Source: Methylococcaceae bacterium
GTDB lineage: Bacteria > Pseudomonadota > Gammaproteobacteria > Methylococcales > Methylomonadaceae
DNA: 46,012 nt
Direction: 5' to 3'
NCBI GenBank assembly: GCA_947504985.1
Contig: CANNKH010000001.1
Coordinates: forward strand, 1-46,012
The translations under genes and the position numbers were made by a program. Below, in pieces: positions 1 to 11,600 of this stretch. Numbering within the stretch: the first letter of the stretch is position 1; each line of letters begins with the position of its first letter. Under the pieces are notes generated by a model. That model saw only the letters and a list, made by a program, of their open reading frames with translations. It searched no databases and was not told the origin of the DNA.

Positions 1-69
1 TAAGTTAACGCACGAATCGGATTTAGTGTTGATAGTCGATCCAAGTCTATTTTATAGATAATGTTGTAG

Positions 70-86
70 TGTCAGTATTTTTTACA
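70..86 (+). promoter_or_regulatory. Putative enhancer-binding-protein site (TGT-N11-ACA) upstream of the sigma54 promoter
   Basis: TGTCAGTATTTTTTACA about 100 bp upstream of the -24 element, with an AT-rich spacer. PEP-CTERM genes are known to carry enhancer plus sigma54 sites. Confidence 0.45.
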
Positions 87-180
87 ACTTTGATTGAAAC
101 CTAGTACTTTGATATGTATATAAAATATTTTTTTATTTATCCATATGAAAAATAAGGAAAATAGTTGTTAGTTTGAGTAT

Positions 181-196
181 TGGCGCATTATTTGCT
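181..196 (+). promoter_or_regulatory. sigma54 (-24/-12) promoter of the PEP-CTERM gene
   Basis: TGGCGCATTATTTGCT fits TGGCAC-N5-TTGCW with exact GG-N10-GC spacing, 60 bp before the ATG. Confidence 0.75.
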
Positions 197-255
197 TTTA
201 TTTAAAATGATATTTTATTTAAATTTACATAATACTTAAAAAGGATGACTGTCCC

Positions 256-858
256 ATGAGATTACATACAAGATTAATGCGCATAATATTATTTTTAGTA
301 ATCCTTGTATTTGCTCAGACGACTACCGTTTACGCAAGCAGTTTACTAACATGGAATATCCAAGATGCGGTTTTTAACGACGGCACCACGCTAACTGGAT
401 ATTTTACTATAGACATCACAAATAATACGGTTACTAATTATGATTTTCAAACGCAGGCCGGGGCACTTTTAGCAGCGTTCCATTACGTTGATTTACCTGG
501 AAACAGTACCTATTTCGGTTCTGACCCATGGGGCACAAATCCCAATTCTTATCTGTTCACCAGTGAGGTTCCGTTGCAGGGTTGGGCAGATCCAATGATC
601 CAAATTTCATCAATATCATCGTTTTTGGTAGCTGGAATAAACATACTCGGAACCGATCCTACTAACGACCCTTTAAACTTCTTCAACAACGTAACGACAG
701 AGTTCAATAACGACAATACTAATAACCGATCACTTATAAGAGGTTATGCCACGACAGACCCATTATCCAGTAACGTACCTGAACCAACTTTTATTGCATT
801 GTTAGCAACCGGCATACTAAGTTTTGTTGTTTCACGTAGAAAAAAGAATCAAGGTTAA
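256..858 (+). CDS. PEP-CTERM (exosortase-sorted) surface protein
   Basis: N-terminal signal peptide (...TVYA|SS). C-terminal VPEP, hydrophobic helix and RRKK basic tail. AAGGA RBS. Confidence 0.93.
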   Translation: MRLHTRLMRIILFLVILVFAQTTTVYASSLLTWNIQDAVFNDGTTLTGYFTIDITNNTVTNYDFQTQAGALLAAFHYVDLPGNSTYFGSDPWGTNPNSYLFTSEVPLQGWADPMIQISSISSFLVAGINILGTDPTNDPLNFFNNVTTEFNNDNTNNRSLIRGYATTDPLSSNVPEPTFIALLATGILSFVVSRRKKNQG

Positions 859-944
859 TATCTTTAATCCTACAATAACAACCAATACAGTCCTTTATAC
901 AACATTAATACCATAATTGTGACTTGATGCATTAAAGCGTTAGA

Positions 945-1025
945 GTTTTTATACAAAGCTAAACCAACTGGAAGGTTGGGGCAGAAAGTCACGTATCCAA
1001 AACGGAAAGACGGACTATCGAAAGT
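945..1025 (+). ncRNA. c-di-GMP-I (GEMM-I) riboswitch aptamer, variant or partly degenerate
   Basis: GCTAAA-CCAACT-GGAA(GNRA)-GGTTGG-GGCAG-AAAG, then P3 AGTC-A-CGT-A-TCC/GGA-AAG-ACG-GACT. Compensatory pairs C959-G984 and T960-A983. Lies in the leader of the operon starting at 1170. P1 pairing is weak. Confidence 0.75.
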
Positions 1026-1062
1026 AGCCTGCGATAAGGTTGCATTATTAGTTAGGTTTTTT
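1024..1062 (+). terminator. Possible riboswitch expression-platform hairpin
   Basis: GTAGCCT-gcgata-AGGTTGC stem directly after the aptamer, followed by an AT-rich stretch and a T6 run. Confidence 0.35.
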
Positions 1063-1169
1063 GCTGTTTGGTGAATTAGATTGTCTGGTAGCGATGAACT
1101 ATGCTGCCTTGATAGAAAATATCATCTCCAGACACTGACTGGCTTGACACTCTGCATAAGAGTACCGAT

Positions 1170-1934
1170 ATGTCAGTAAAACATTTAACTAGCAGCTGCG
1201 CTGTGCGAATTACTTTAATTCTGGTCTTTTTGGCGTTTGGCTTTTATTTCCTTATTTGGCCAAAGATAAGCGTACAAAAAGTTGCCAAACCAGAAATCAC
1301 TGAGTTAACCAACGTTCAACAGCTTCCTGAACAAATTACGCCGGAAGGTGTAGTCGCCTTAAATAGTGAAAACACACCTTTCATATTGATCGACGCAGAT
1401 AATCCCTACCCGGAAAATCTGTCGTCGCCGGGACCAGCCAGGCTGATCTACTATACAAAGACTCCTTCATATCGATCCGCACAAAATCGGGTCAGACAAG
1501 ATAGACAGAGCAAGCCAACCGGATTTTTGGATTCAATAAAACTAAATAGTCAGCGTCTGACAGGTACGCCTGTGGAATGGCAACGGTTAAACTTAATCTT
1601 TCTAAAAAGTCCCTATCCTACAGCCGCGCAGTTGATCAGTCCTCGGCAATTATCTGAATCCATCAAAGACGGCATTGATATTCAAGTGATTGATTTCCGG
1701 CCAGTCACTCCTGGCGTAAATGAGGTGTCGCCATTTCCACATGCGCTACGCTGGATGCCGGACCAAATTCCAAACAATCTCGATAAACTTTCAAAAGAAA
1801 AATGGACGGTGCTGATCGGGTTTGACAATGCCTGGACCTTGCAAATAGCCACCCAGTTCTTTCAAAAAGGTTATTTGCTTACCGTTGTTTTAGATGGCGG
1901 ATACCCAGCCTGGGTCAACGCAACGGATCGATGA
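1170..1934 (+). CDS. Membrane-anchored rhodanese-like domain protein without catalytic Cys
   Basis: N-terminal TM helix. QVIDFR...FPHAL...VLDGGYPAW rhodanese signature. Active-site loop reads VLIGFDN with no Cys. Confidence 0.78.
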   Translation: MSVKHLTSSCAVRITLILVFLAFGFYFLIWPKISVQKVAKPEITELTNVQQLPEQITPEGVVALNSENTPFILIDADNPYPENLSSPGPARLIYYTKTPSYRSAQNRVRQDRQSKPTGFLDSIKLNSQRLTGTPVEWQRLNLIFLKSPYPTAAQLISPRQLSESIKDGIDIQVIDFRPVTPGVNEVSPFPHALRWMPDQIPNNLDKLSKEKWTVLIGFDNAWTLQIATQFFQKGYLLTVVLDGGYPAWVNATDR

Positions 1935-1946
1935 ATTAACATAAAT

Positions 1947-4900
1947 ATGAATCCGGATATGATCACTATGCCTGCCAATACCAAACGTATGGACTCCAAA
2001 AATGTTAAGACGCTGATGCTTGCGGTATTACATTGGAGCAATTATCTCATTGAGTTGTTGGCTAGGGTTTGGAGAAAGGGTGACAGTACCCGAATGTGGG
2101 TACTTGTCCCGTTGGTCATGCTATATTTCGCATCATCCGCATTTGCACAGACACCAGTTTCTGGTGCGATTGCCGTCAACACCCATTGGACTTCTGCAAA
2201 CAGTCCCTACCTCCTTAGCGGTGATGTGGTCATTCAAAACGGCGCAATACTGACTATCGATCCAGATGTTACGGTTTATATGGGTGCCAATACCAATTTG
2301 AACCTACAGGCGGGAAGCATTCAAGCACTGGGTACTTCGGCTAATCCGATTAGTGTCCTTTCGGATAATACCAGGCTCGCACAAAATGCTGCGCCAGGCG
2401 ATTGGAAACAGTGGGTATTTAATGCCGGTACGGTTAATACACGCCTTGAGCATGTGCTGTTTCAGCATGGTAGCGGTTTGGCTGTTATAGGTTCGGCTCC
2501 GGTATTTAATTTTCTTACCATAAACAATCACCAAGGTGCTGCAATTAGCATCGACCTTGCCGCATCACCATCAGGCGTCGGCAATCAAGCCACAGGCAAT
2601 ACAATAAACGGTATAACCGTTCCTGCGGGCGACATCAATGGCATTGTAAATTGGGGCTTACGGGGAATTCCTTATGTTGTCGACTCAGGCGTGGTATCCG
2701 TTGGAATCTCACCCAGCATCATTTCAATTACACCTCAATTAATACAACAAGGTGCGACTAATACCATCGAAATTAATGGTACCCGTCTTACGGGCCTGGC
2801 CAGTGTTCAATTTGATAACACTGGACTGACAGCGGAAGTTTTACCGGGGGCTACAGACACGCAAGCCAGTCTATCGGTTAAGGCGACAGCAACGGCGGCC
2901 ATTGGCGCCAGTGCTGCAATCATCTTGGTTGATGCTGGTGAAATTATTGTCGCTGATGCGCTGACGGTGGTTCCGACCCAGCCCGTTCTGACCAGTCTAA
3001 GCCCAGCAACGCTCTACCTAGGGCAAGGTGTGGTGGATGTCCAAGTCAATGGCACCAACTTTACCAGTCTATCGACGGTTTTGGTCAATAACGTTGCAGT
3101 TGCCACACAGTATCAATCGGCGACCGGAATACGGGCAAGTATCACAACGCCGACTAACGCAGCTAACCTGTTGGTCCGGGTCCAGACGCCTGATGCGCTT
3201 CATGTAGGCCAAAATCTGATTTCAAACGAGCTGGTTCTGCCCGCAGTAATGGGACAACTGGTATTAAGCCCAACGCCCATCACCGCGACTAAAGGTTTTA
3301 CTAAAACGGTGACCTTAACACTGCCTTATCCGGCAGTCGTGGGTGGCACCACGGTAGATTTGGTTTCCAGTGTTCCAGCCGTTGGCAATGTGCCGACGAC
3401 AGTGACCATTCCAGCAGGTCAGACATCAGCAACCTTTACATTTACGGCGACAGAGGTGGGTAGCACGGTTGTTACGGCGAGTAAGCTAGGCTTTATTAGT
3501 GGCCCCGTACCCATCACCGTGGCCCCACCACCGACATTGACGCTGGCACCTAATCAATTGACTTTGGGTGTCGGTCGTACGGCCTCGGTAACGTTACAAT
3601 CCAGCGTTCCGGCGGGAATATCGGGACTTGCCGTAAACTTGAGTAGCAATAACATCAGCATAGCGACGGTGCCGGCTTCTTTAACAATTCCAGCCGGTTC
3701 AAGTTCGGTAACTTTTAATGTAACAACCGTTGCAATTGGCACAGCAGCCATACAAGCAACTGCGAATGAATTTGCAATGGGCAGTGCCTCGGTCATAGTG
3801 CGGCCAGTATCCTTGAATTTACCAATGGGGGTGCTAGTCGCACCCGGCCTCAGTCGTTCTGTGCCGCTGATTTTATCTGATCCAGCACCTGCTGGGGGAT
3901 TGGTGGTCACGCTGACAAGCGCTAGTCCGGCGATTGCAATAGCACCCGTATCTATGACCGTACCTGAAGGACAAACCAGCGCTAATTTTGTTTTGACCGG
4001 TGTAGCCGCAGGCCTGACTTCTCTGACAGCTACGGCCGATAACTATCAGCCAGCGACGATGGCTGCAACCGTGCAGACGGTAACTATCGGCATCGGTAAT
4101 CCAGCTGTTAGTTCTATCACACTACTACCCGATGGTAGCAAGTCCTTTGCTATCACCTTATCTCATCCAGCGCCAACCGGCGGGGTGGTGATCAACTTGG
4201 GTGTGGCGAATGGTTCAGTTGCTACAGTTGCTCCTGCCAGTATTGCCATCGCAGAAGGTCAGACCTCAGGCGGTGTTGTGCTTGCTACGTTAACAGGGTT
4301 GGCAAAAGGCGACACTATGCTAGCCGCAACCTCAGCGGGATTAAATGCTGCAAGCGTTCCGGTGACGGTGACTGATAGACCTGTGCTGGAATTTGGCTCC
4401 GCTACCGGGACTGGTAGCGTAACGGTAGGCAAGGGCCTTAGTACATATTACTATGAGGTATATGTTTATCGTACTCTTAATGGAGGTTGGTACTCTGGCA
4501 CTGATGCGCTCACGGTTAATCTGACCAGTTCAAATCCGAGTAAGTTAAGCGTGCCAGCAACGGTAACAATTGCGGCAGGTAGTAGCTATACCTATTTTCA
4601 GGTAATGGGCACAGGTCTTACCAATGGGGCACCGGTAACTATCGAGGCGACAGCCCAGGGTCATAGCTCAGGAACGTTAATGGGTAATGTCGTGTCGCCA
4701 GTGCTTAATCTAATCTCTCTGGATAACACCCGTATCAGTACGGTCAGTGCCCGTGATGACTTTACGGCCTCTTTAACGGTACCCGGCGCTGCGTATAGCG
4801 GTGCCCAGACGGCAGTTACGGCAATGGCAATCGATGTAGCCGTTGTTAACGCCAATCCAGCCGGCATTATCGATGGCTTGTATAGTGATGCAACCTTGGG

Positions 4901-5678
4901 CACGACGGTGACGCAAGTGGTGATACCGCAAGGGTCTAACCAAAGTCAAAGTGTCTATGTTGGCACACCGACGACTGCGGGTACGTACCAGGTTCAAGCC
5001 AGCGGTTCAGGAATGGCTCTTGTTACATCGGCTGTGCAGACAGTATCTGCACCCGAATACGTGCTTGGATTTGGATCAGCTACCGGTAATAGCAGCGTAA
5101 CGGTAGGCAAGGGCCTTAGTACATTTTACTATGAGGTATATATTTATCGTACTCTTAATGGAGGTTGGTACTCTGGCACCGTTGCGCTTACGGTTAATCT
5201 GACCTGTAGTTCGACACTGATCTGCTCGGTTCCAGCCAGCATCACCATTCCAGCAGGAAGCTCTTTTACGTATTTTCAAATTATCGGGAATGATTTAGGC
5301 AACACAACGATTACCGCAAGCGCGGTTGGCTACAACAGCCCAGCGCAGGATCTTGCCGTGAGCGTCATCAAACCCCAGCTGAATTTCAGTGGACCGCCAA
5401 ATACCGTAATAGGCGGAAAATCGAATTTCTCACTTAGTCTCTTAGAGCCTGGCTCAGCATACTCGGGAAACCAAACAGCAATAAATGCAATTCTGATTGA
5501 TCTGACCAGCAGCGCACCTGGCGTAGCCAGCGTGCCTGCGTCGGCTACCATAGCGGTGGGCGGCACTACGTCTAACACCGTGCAAATGACCGGCGTGGCT
5601 GTGGGTACAACGACGCTAACGGCCAGCGGCACGGGGCTAGTGAGTGCCACTTCCAGCATCATCACTATTAATCCATGA
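1947..5678 (+). CDS. Large secreted protein: parallel beta-helix-like N-terminus, IPT/TIG and tandem Ig-like repeats
   Basis: Signal peptide ...YFASSAFA|QT (true start may be later, e.g. ATG 2094). WT..NSPY...PGDW beta-helix-type start. Repeated V.L.SS...A.VP.SVTIPAG.TS..F Ig-like units. Rich in T/V/A/G/S. Confidence 0.85.
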   Translation: MNPDMITMPANTKRMDSKNVKTLMLAVLHWSNYLIELLARVWRKGDSTRMWVLVPLVMLYFASSAFAQTPVSGAIAVNTHWTSANSPYLLSGDVVIQNGAILTIDPDVTVYMGANTNLNLQAGSIQALGTSANPISVLSDNTRLAQNAAPGDWKQWVFNAGTVNTRLEHVLFQHGSGLAVIGSAPVFNFLTINNHQGAAISIDLAASPSGVGNQATGNTINGITVPAGDINGIVNWGLRGIPYVVDSGVVSVGISPSIISITPQLIQQGATNTIEINGTRLTGLASVQFDNTGLTAEVLPGATDTQASLSVKATATAAIGASAAIILVDAGEIIVADALTVVPTQPVLTSLSPATLYLGQGVVDVQVNGTNFTSLSTVLVNNVAVATQYQSATGIRASITTPTNAANLLVRVQTPDALHVGQNLISNELVLPAVMGQLVLSPTPITATKGFTKTVTLTLPYPAVVGGTTVDLVSSVPAVGNVPTTVTIPAGQTSATFTFTATEVGSTVVTASKLGFISGPVPITVAPPPTLTLAPNQLTLGVGRTASVTLQSSVPAGISGLAVNLSSNNISIATVPASLTIPAGSSSVTFNVTTVAIGTAAIQATANEFAMGSASVIVRPVSLNLPMGVLVAPGLSRSVPLILSDPAPAGGLVVTLTSASPAIAIAPVSMTVPEGQTSANFVLTGVAAGLTSLTATADNYQPATMAATVQTVTIGIGNPAVSSITLLPDGSKSFAITLSHPAPTGGVVINLGVANGSVATVAPASIAIAEGQTSGGVVLATLTGLAKGDTMLAATSAGLNAASVPVTVTDRPVLEFGSATGTGSVTVGKGLSTYYYEVYVYRTLNGGWYSGTDALTVNLTSSNPSKLSVPATVTIAAGSSYTYFQVMGTGLTNGAPVTIEATAQGHSSGTLMGNVVSPVLNLISLDNTRISTVSARDDFTASLTVPGAAYSGAQTAVTAMAIDVAVVNANPAGIIDGLYSDATLGTTVTQVVIPQGSNQSQSVYVGTPTTAGTYQVQASGSGMALVTSAVQTVSAPEYVLGFGSATGNSSVTVGKGLSTFYYEVYIYRTLNGGWYSGTVALTVNLTCSSTLICSVPASITIPAGSSFTYFQIIGNDLGNTTITASAVGYNSPAQDLAVSVIKPQLNFSGPPNTVIGGKSNFSLSLLEPGSAYSGNQTAINAILIDLTSSAPGVASVPASATIAVGGTTSNTVQMTGVAVGTTTLTASGTGLVSATSSIITINP
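4383..5204 (+). repeat. 144-bp intragenic direct repeat (4383-4526 and 5061-5204)
   Basis: Hand alignment gives 13 differences in 144 nt. Both copies encode VTVGKGLST(Y/F)YYEVY(V/I)YRTLNGGWYSGT. Confidence 0.95.
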
Positions 5679-8600
5679 GGCTGCGGTGATGACATCAAAC
5701 ACAAATAAAACAATGGCTACCTTTATGAACAACAAGATGCTTAATGTAGCTAGCAAAACCCCAGTGCCGCTGATGTCGTATTGGCGAGGGCTTGCGTTTA
5801 CGGTTTTATTTATGTTGACGTTTTTCTTAATGTCGGCACCTTTGTTTGCGGCCGAACTGATTATTGGCGAAGGCGTTGTCGTCAAATTCGGTGCCAATGC
5901 GCAACTGGTTGTCAGAGATCACATCGTTGCCGGTAAAGGCATTATCTTCACCAGTAAGAAAGATGACAGTGTCAACGGTCAATTGGGACTTACTGCAAAC
6001 ACACCCCAGCCTGGAGATTGGCTAGGATCACGCCTTGAAAAGTCCGCAGCCAGTTTTGGTGCGCTTACGTTAAGCGATCTCACCCTTCGCTATGCCGGAG
6101 CGACAGTCGGAAGTGTGGCTTCCGCAGCAATGACGCTGCGTGGCTGGAGCCCGAAACTTCAGAATCTATTGCTTTCGGACAATGGCGTAGGATTACGTTT
6201 GTTAGATAGCGCTAATCCAACTATTACCGGTTCCAGTTTTTTGCGCAATAACACCGGGATAGAAATAAATAGCAATAGTCAGCCCAGCATTGTCAATTCT
6301 CAACTGGCCGGTAATACGGTGCTGGCAATCGACAACAAAACCCCAAGTACTGTTATTGTGGCGACAGGTAACTGGTGGGGGCATCCCAGTGGGCCCAAAG
6401 ACCCGATTAATAATCCGGGTGGTCAGGGCGATGCTATATCAATTGGTATTGATTTTGGTGGCTTTGTTACGGCAATGCCCTTATTAAACCCCAGCCTACG
6501 GTTGGCTGCACCGATGCCGTATTTTGATCAACATAGCGTCTTACTTGATCTTTCCTGTGTTAATGCCACTGAATACCGCCTTACCGAAGGCGATGTGTTT
6601 GCCAATATAACGCCGTTGCCCCTCTCCAATAATCGTGCGCAAGTTTCTTTTACAACCTCAGCCGGTGACGGGCGCAAGACTATCAATGTCGAATTCCGTG
6701 ATAACGACGGTACGGTTGCTACAGCCACATTAAATGGTGGCGTTTTGATTGATACTCAAGCGCCGTTGATCGCAATCACTAATCCGGTCAACGGCAGTCA
6801 CATCGTTCAACCGGCTACCGTGACGGCTACAGCAACGGCTACGGATGAGTCGGGCGTTGCCAAAGTCGAATTCTTCATTGATGGGCAATTGAACAAAACG
6901 CTCAGTGCAGCACCTTACTCATTCGTCTGGAACACGACGACCAGCGCGGAAGGAACTCACATCATCAAAACTGTTGCGACTGATATTGCAGGAAGAACTA
7001 CCGAGCAAACGGTTACCGTGACACTATCAAAAGCAGCGCCTATTGTTGATACACAAGGTCCGTTGCTGGCAAATATTCGCGCTAATGGCGACTTACTGGC
7101 TGATGGCAGCAGCTTGCTGCGTAGCAGTCCGATCACCTTGTCAGCGAGTGATGCCAGTGGCGTTGCTCGTGTTGAACTGCTTTTGGACAGTAATGTTGTC
7201 ACTACAGCCAGTGGCAATGGCTCTTATACTGCAATACTTAATCTCGACAAGGTGCTGAATGGCCCGCATTCAATTTCAGTGCGAGCGACGGATTCGCTCG
7301 GTAACGTTTCAACAGCGACGTATGCCATCAACGTGGCACACGCAGCACCGGCTACGCCAATCCTGAGCCAACCTGCCAACGGTTCCAGCTCACGCGTAGC
7401 CACCATCACCGTAGCAGGTAGCGCTGAACCTGGAAGCGATGTGCAAGTGTTCGTCAATGCCCAGTCGGCAGGCCCTCATGTTGCTACCGGGCTTGATGGA
7501 AATTTCACCACATCAATCACGTTAGCCAACGGCAGTAACCAAATTCAAGCAACGGCAACGGATCAATACGGTACAGGAGCGGCCTCTACTGCCATATTAG
7601 TCACTCTGGACGCGACTATACCTTCGTCTCCGGGCAGTCTCACCGCAACGGCTCAGGCCGCAGGCAAAGTGCGCCTGCTTTGGACGCGGTCGTCCGATCC
7701 CAATGCCGTGGGTTATGATCTGTACCGTGCCTCAGCGGTATTTGATTCCATCGATACAGCGACTAAACTAAACGCCAGCCCGTTAACAACCATTGGTTTT
7801 GACGATTTACCATCACAGGATGGATTGTGGGCTTACCGTGTCGTTTCGATAAATAATGCAGGCACGCCTTCAATACCCAGTAATCTTGCTCAAGCCGTAT
7901 CAGATAGTACTGCTCCGCATGCCTTGTCCGTTGCCTATGCGCCTCAAGGTAAGGTAGATCCAGTCACAGGAGTGATCGGTCAGGGCCAAATCGATGTGTT
8001 GCTAACTGTTAGTGAAGAATTGCCAAGTGCGCCGTTCCTTTCAATTGTGCCTCAAGGTGGAACGCCAATCCCGGTTACCCTAACCCAGTCGGGCAATACC
8101 ACTTATACCGGCAGTATTATGATCAGCGCCAAGACGCCGTCCGGCATTGCCAATGCCTTGTTTTCCGGACGAGACGCTGTTGGTAACCGAGGCACCGATA
8201 TTGATGCCGGTGCAACGCTTAAGATTGATACCGCTGGCCCTTCATTATCAGGGATTGCACTGAATCCTGTTTCGCCAATTAATAATGATACGCCGCAAAC
8301 TGTTGAAGCGACCCTGACTTTTACTAAAGCGCCCAAGACAACGCCCCAAGTCAATACGCTATTGTCAGGAGTCGGCCGCACATCAATACCATTGACCAGC
8401 CTTGCACCGGCACTTTTAAATTCAACTACTTGGACGGGCAGTTTTACGTTACCCAAAGATGCAGGCCTTAGCAATCCTGAGACCTTGATCTTTAGTTTCC
8501 AGGCCATTGATGAGCTTGATAATGTTTCGACAAAAGTTTTGGCAAGCAATCACTTCCAGGTTTATCAAGGCAATCTGCCGCCACTGGATGTTCCGTTCGC

Positions 8601-11600
8601 CCTCACAGCCAAAGCTCAGCCCGGTGGCAAAGTTAAGTTGGCATGGCAGGCTGTAGACCAAGCTAATAGTTACCAGCTGTATCGCCAGGCGCCAGGTCAA
8701 ACAGAGTTGCAGCCTTTAACTCGCGCGACGGGGACTGACTATCTGGATCAGACCTCGCAAGACGGATCTTATCAATATACCGTCGCCTCTGTACGTAAGG
8801 CCAATGCTCAGGAGGCGGTTTCCGGTCAAAGTCCGCCCGTATCGGTAGTGGCCAGTGCTACGGCACCGGGTGCGCCACATAATCTTGTGTTACGGCTTTC
8901 CGGACAAGGCATCGTGGCAGAATGGCAAGCGCCTTTGCAAGGCAAGGTTGCCAATTACAATCTGTATCGGGCAGATGGAACCAGCATTACTAGCCTTGTT
9001 GGTTTGACGCCGTTAAAAAAGGATATTAAGCAAATCACAACGATTGATGCCACGCCGTCACCTAGCCAAGGCGCCTATGTCGTAACGGCAGTAGATGCAG
9101 CCGGCAATGAATCCAGTTTATCTAACTCAACCTACCTCAATGCCAGTCTGTTGCCGGTATCGCAGTTAAGAATAAACCGGATAGGCAATGGTTTACCCAT
9201 GCTCAGCTGGGTTGCACCTAATGGCAATGTCACAGCCTACAAAGTCTATGCGGATGCCGCTAGCAATCTACCCAAAATACCGCTGACGCCGAATCCTATC
9301 TCGCTGTTGAATTTTACGGACACCGGCTATAACGGAGGGGACAAAGTCTATACCGTAGCTTCGGTGGACGCTAACGGTGCTGAAATGCCCCGGAGCTTGT
9401 TGATGCCCGAGGTAACAGCAACCATTATTAGCGGTCTGCCGATTCAACGTGGAATCATGAATCAGCTACAGGTGCAGGTGATCAATCACTCAGCTAACGC
9501 ACTCAACAATGTGCGTGTCGTGGTTCGTTTGCCAGCCGATAAATTGTCTACCCAATTTAAGGAACACAGATCTCAAATCGTTAACGTTGATGCCAAGCAG
9601 ACTCGCTTACTGCCAGTCGTGGTCGGCGGTTATGCGGAACTGCCCGATTCGGCGCTTGCGCAAGTGCGAGTTGAAATTGCGCCCAATGAAGGTGAATTGG
9701 TTGCACTGGCAAATGATCAGGCTGTCGATGTCACCGAAGGCGGTTTAGTGGTGGGGATGTCCACCCATGATTTCACTCGCGGGGCTACGGGTAAGCTCAA
9801 ACTAACCATTGAAAATACGACTGAAACCGACGTTGAGTTGCTGACAGTAACCCAAAATGGTCAGGGTGATTCCACTGAATTACGCTTTAAAATCCTCGAT
9901 GCCGAGGGAAATGTACTGGCCACTCAGCCTTACAAACAAGCACTAGGCGCCAATGTTGTTGCGCTGCCGAATGGACTAACGGTTGCCCGCATTCCAGCAG
10001 GTTCCAGCTATACCTCAGATGAGTTTTCTGTCAACGTACCCGCAACCAGTCTGATGACACTTAGAGTCAAGCTGGAAGTCGATAAGATACGCTATCACAG
10101 CGGACAAGACGATGAAGTCGTAATTGCGGGTCGTGGATCTGAAAAAACCGTATCGCTGATTGATACGGCCTATTTTGGAGACATCACCGACATCACGCCA
10201 AGCACATCTTTTGGAGACCAGGATATTGTCATCACCGGTCGTGCTGTTGACCGAACTGCCAACACCCCATTGCCGAATACGCGTCTTAAACTGGTTTTTA
10301 ATCAACAAGGATTTGAACGCATCTTCACCGTTTTGACAGATGCGACGGGCAATTATGCGTACACTTTTAAACCTGAATTCACCGATTCGGGTTTGTACAA
10401 AGTCAGTGCCGTGCATCCGGATGTCACCGATCGTCCGGAGCAAAAGACTTTTACCATTAACCGCGTTACCGTCGGTCCATCTCCAATTAAGCTGGATCTT
10501 CCCAAGAATTTGCCGTTTACCCTTCCTTTTACCGCCAAAGCAGGGCCGGGGTCATCCGCCACAAATTTGAAATTGACGCTCGATGCGGCCAGTCAACCGA
10601 CAGGGCAGTTGCCTGCGGGTATAAATGTGCAATTACCTGAACCGGTGAGCTTAACTGGCAAACAAAGCAGGGACTTGCCGGTTGTGTTTACCGCCACGAA
10701 TGACGCGCAGCTTTCTGGCAGTCTGATAATGAATGTTCTGGATGATGAACACAACAACACGCCCATGGGGCAAGTTAAGGTTGATTACAGTCTGACTGAG
10801 GCCAAACCTTTTTTGACCAGCACGCCAAGCTTTATTGAAACGGGAATGGCCCAAGGCGGCAACCAAATAGAGTCCATCACCATGCAAAACAAAGGGCTAC
10901 AGGAGGCTCAGAATTTAACTTTTAAACTCGTTTCAGCCGATGGAAGTCCTGCGCCAGGCTGGGTCAGTATCGCCAGTCAGGCTAATGGCACCTTGGCTGT
11001 TGGCGACAGTCGTTCTATCGACTTATCTTTTACCCCCTCGACCAGCATTGCTGAAGGTGTGTATGAGTTTAAACTGCTGGTCACAGGAGACAATGTCCCG
11101 CAACAAACGCTTAATGTTTTTGCCAGTGTCACGCAAAGCGGGCAAGGTAATGTGCTCTTCAAGACCTCGGATATTTACACGGCCACGGTAAACAAAACGG
11201 GTCAGTTAATACAAGGACTTGCAGGGGCTACTATTACAGTTCAGAACGAAGACGTGCTGACCATTACCCAGGAGCTGGTCACCGACAGCCTCGGTGAAGT
11301 GCTGTTTCAAAATCTGCCGGCCGGTCGTTATCAGTACCGTGCTAAAGCATCTAATCATCAGGAGATTGGCGGCCGGTTGCTGGTCAAGCCGGGTATCACC
11401 TTCAATCAGCCGGTATTTTTGCAATACAACTTAATTACGGTGGAGTGGAGCGTTAAAGAAATTTCATTGCAGGATCGGTATGAGATCACCCTTAATGCAA
11501 CTTTTGAAACCGATGTCCCAGCCCCAGTGGTAGTTATCCAGCCTGCGAGTACTAATTTGCCAAAAATGGGTATTGGGGATGTGTTCTATGGCGAATTAAC

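Noticed and set aside
4383-5204. Diversity-generating retroelement TR/VR pair
   Set aside because: Differences are not adenine-specific (G/T, C/A, T/C, many synonymous), both copies are in frame in one gene, and no reverse transcriptase is in the window.
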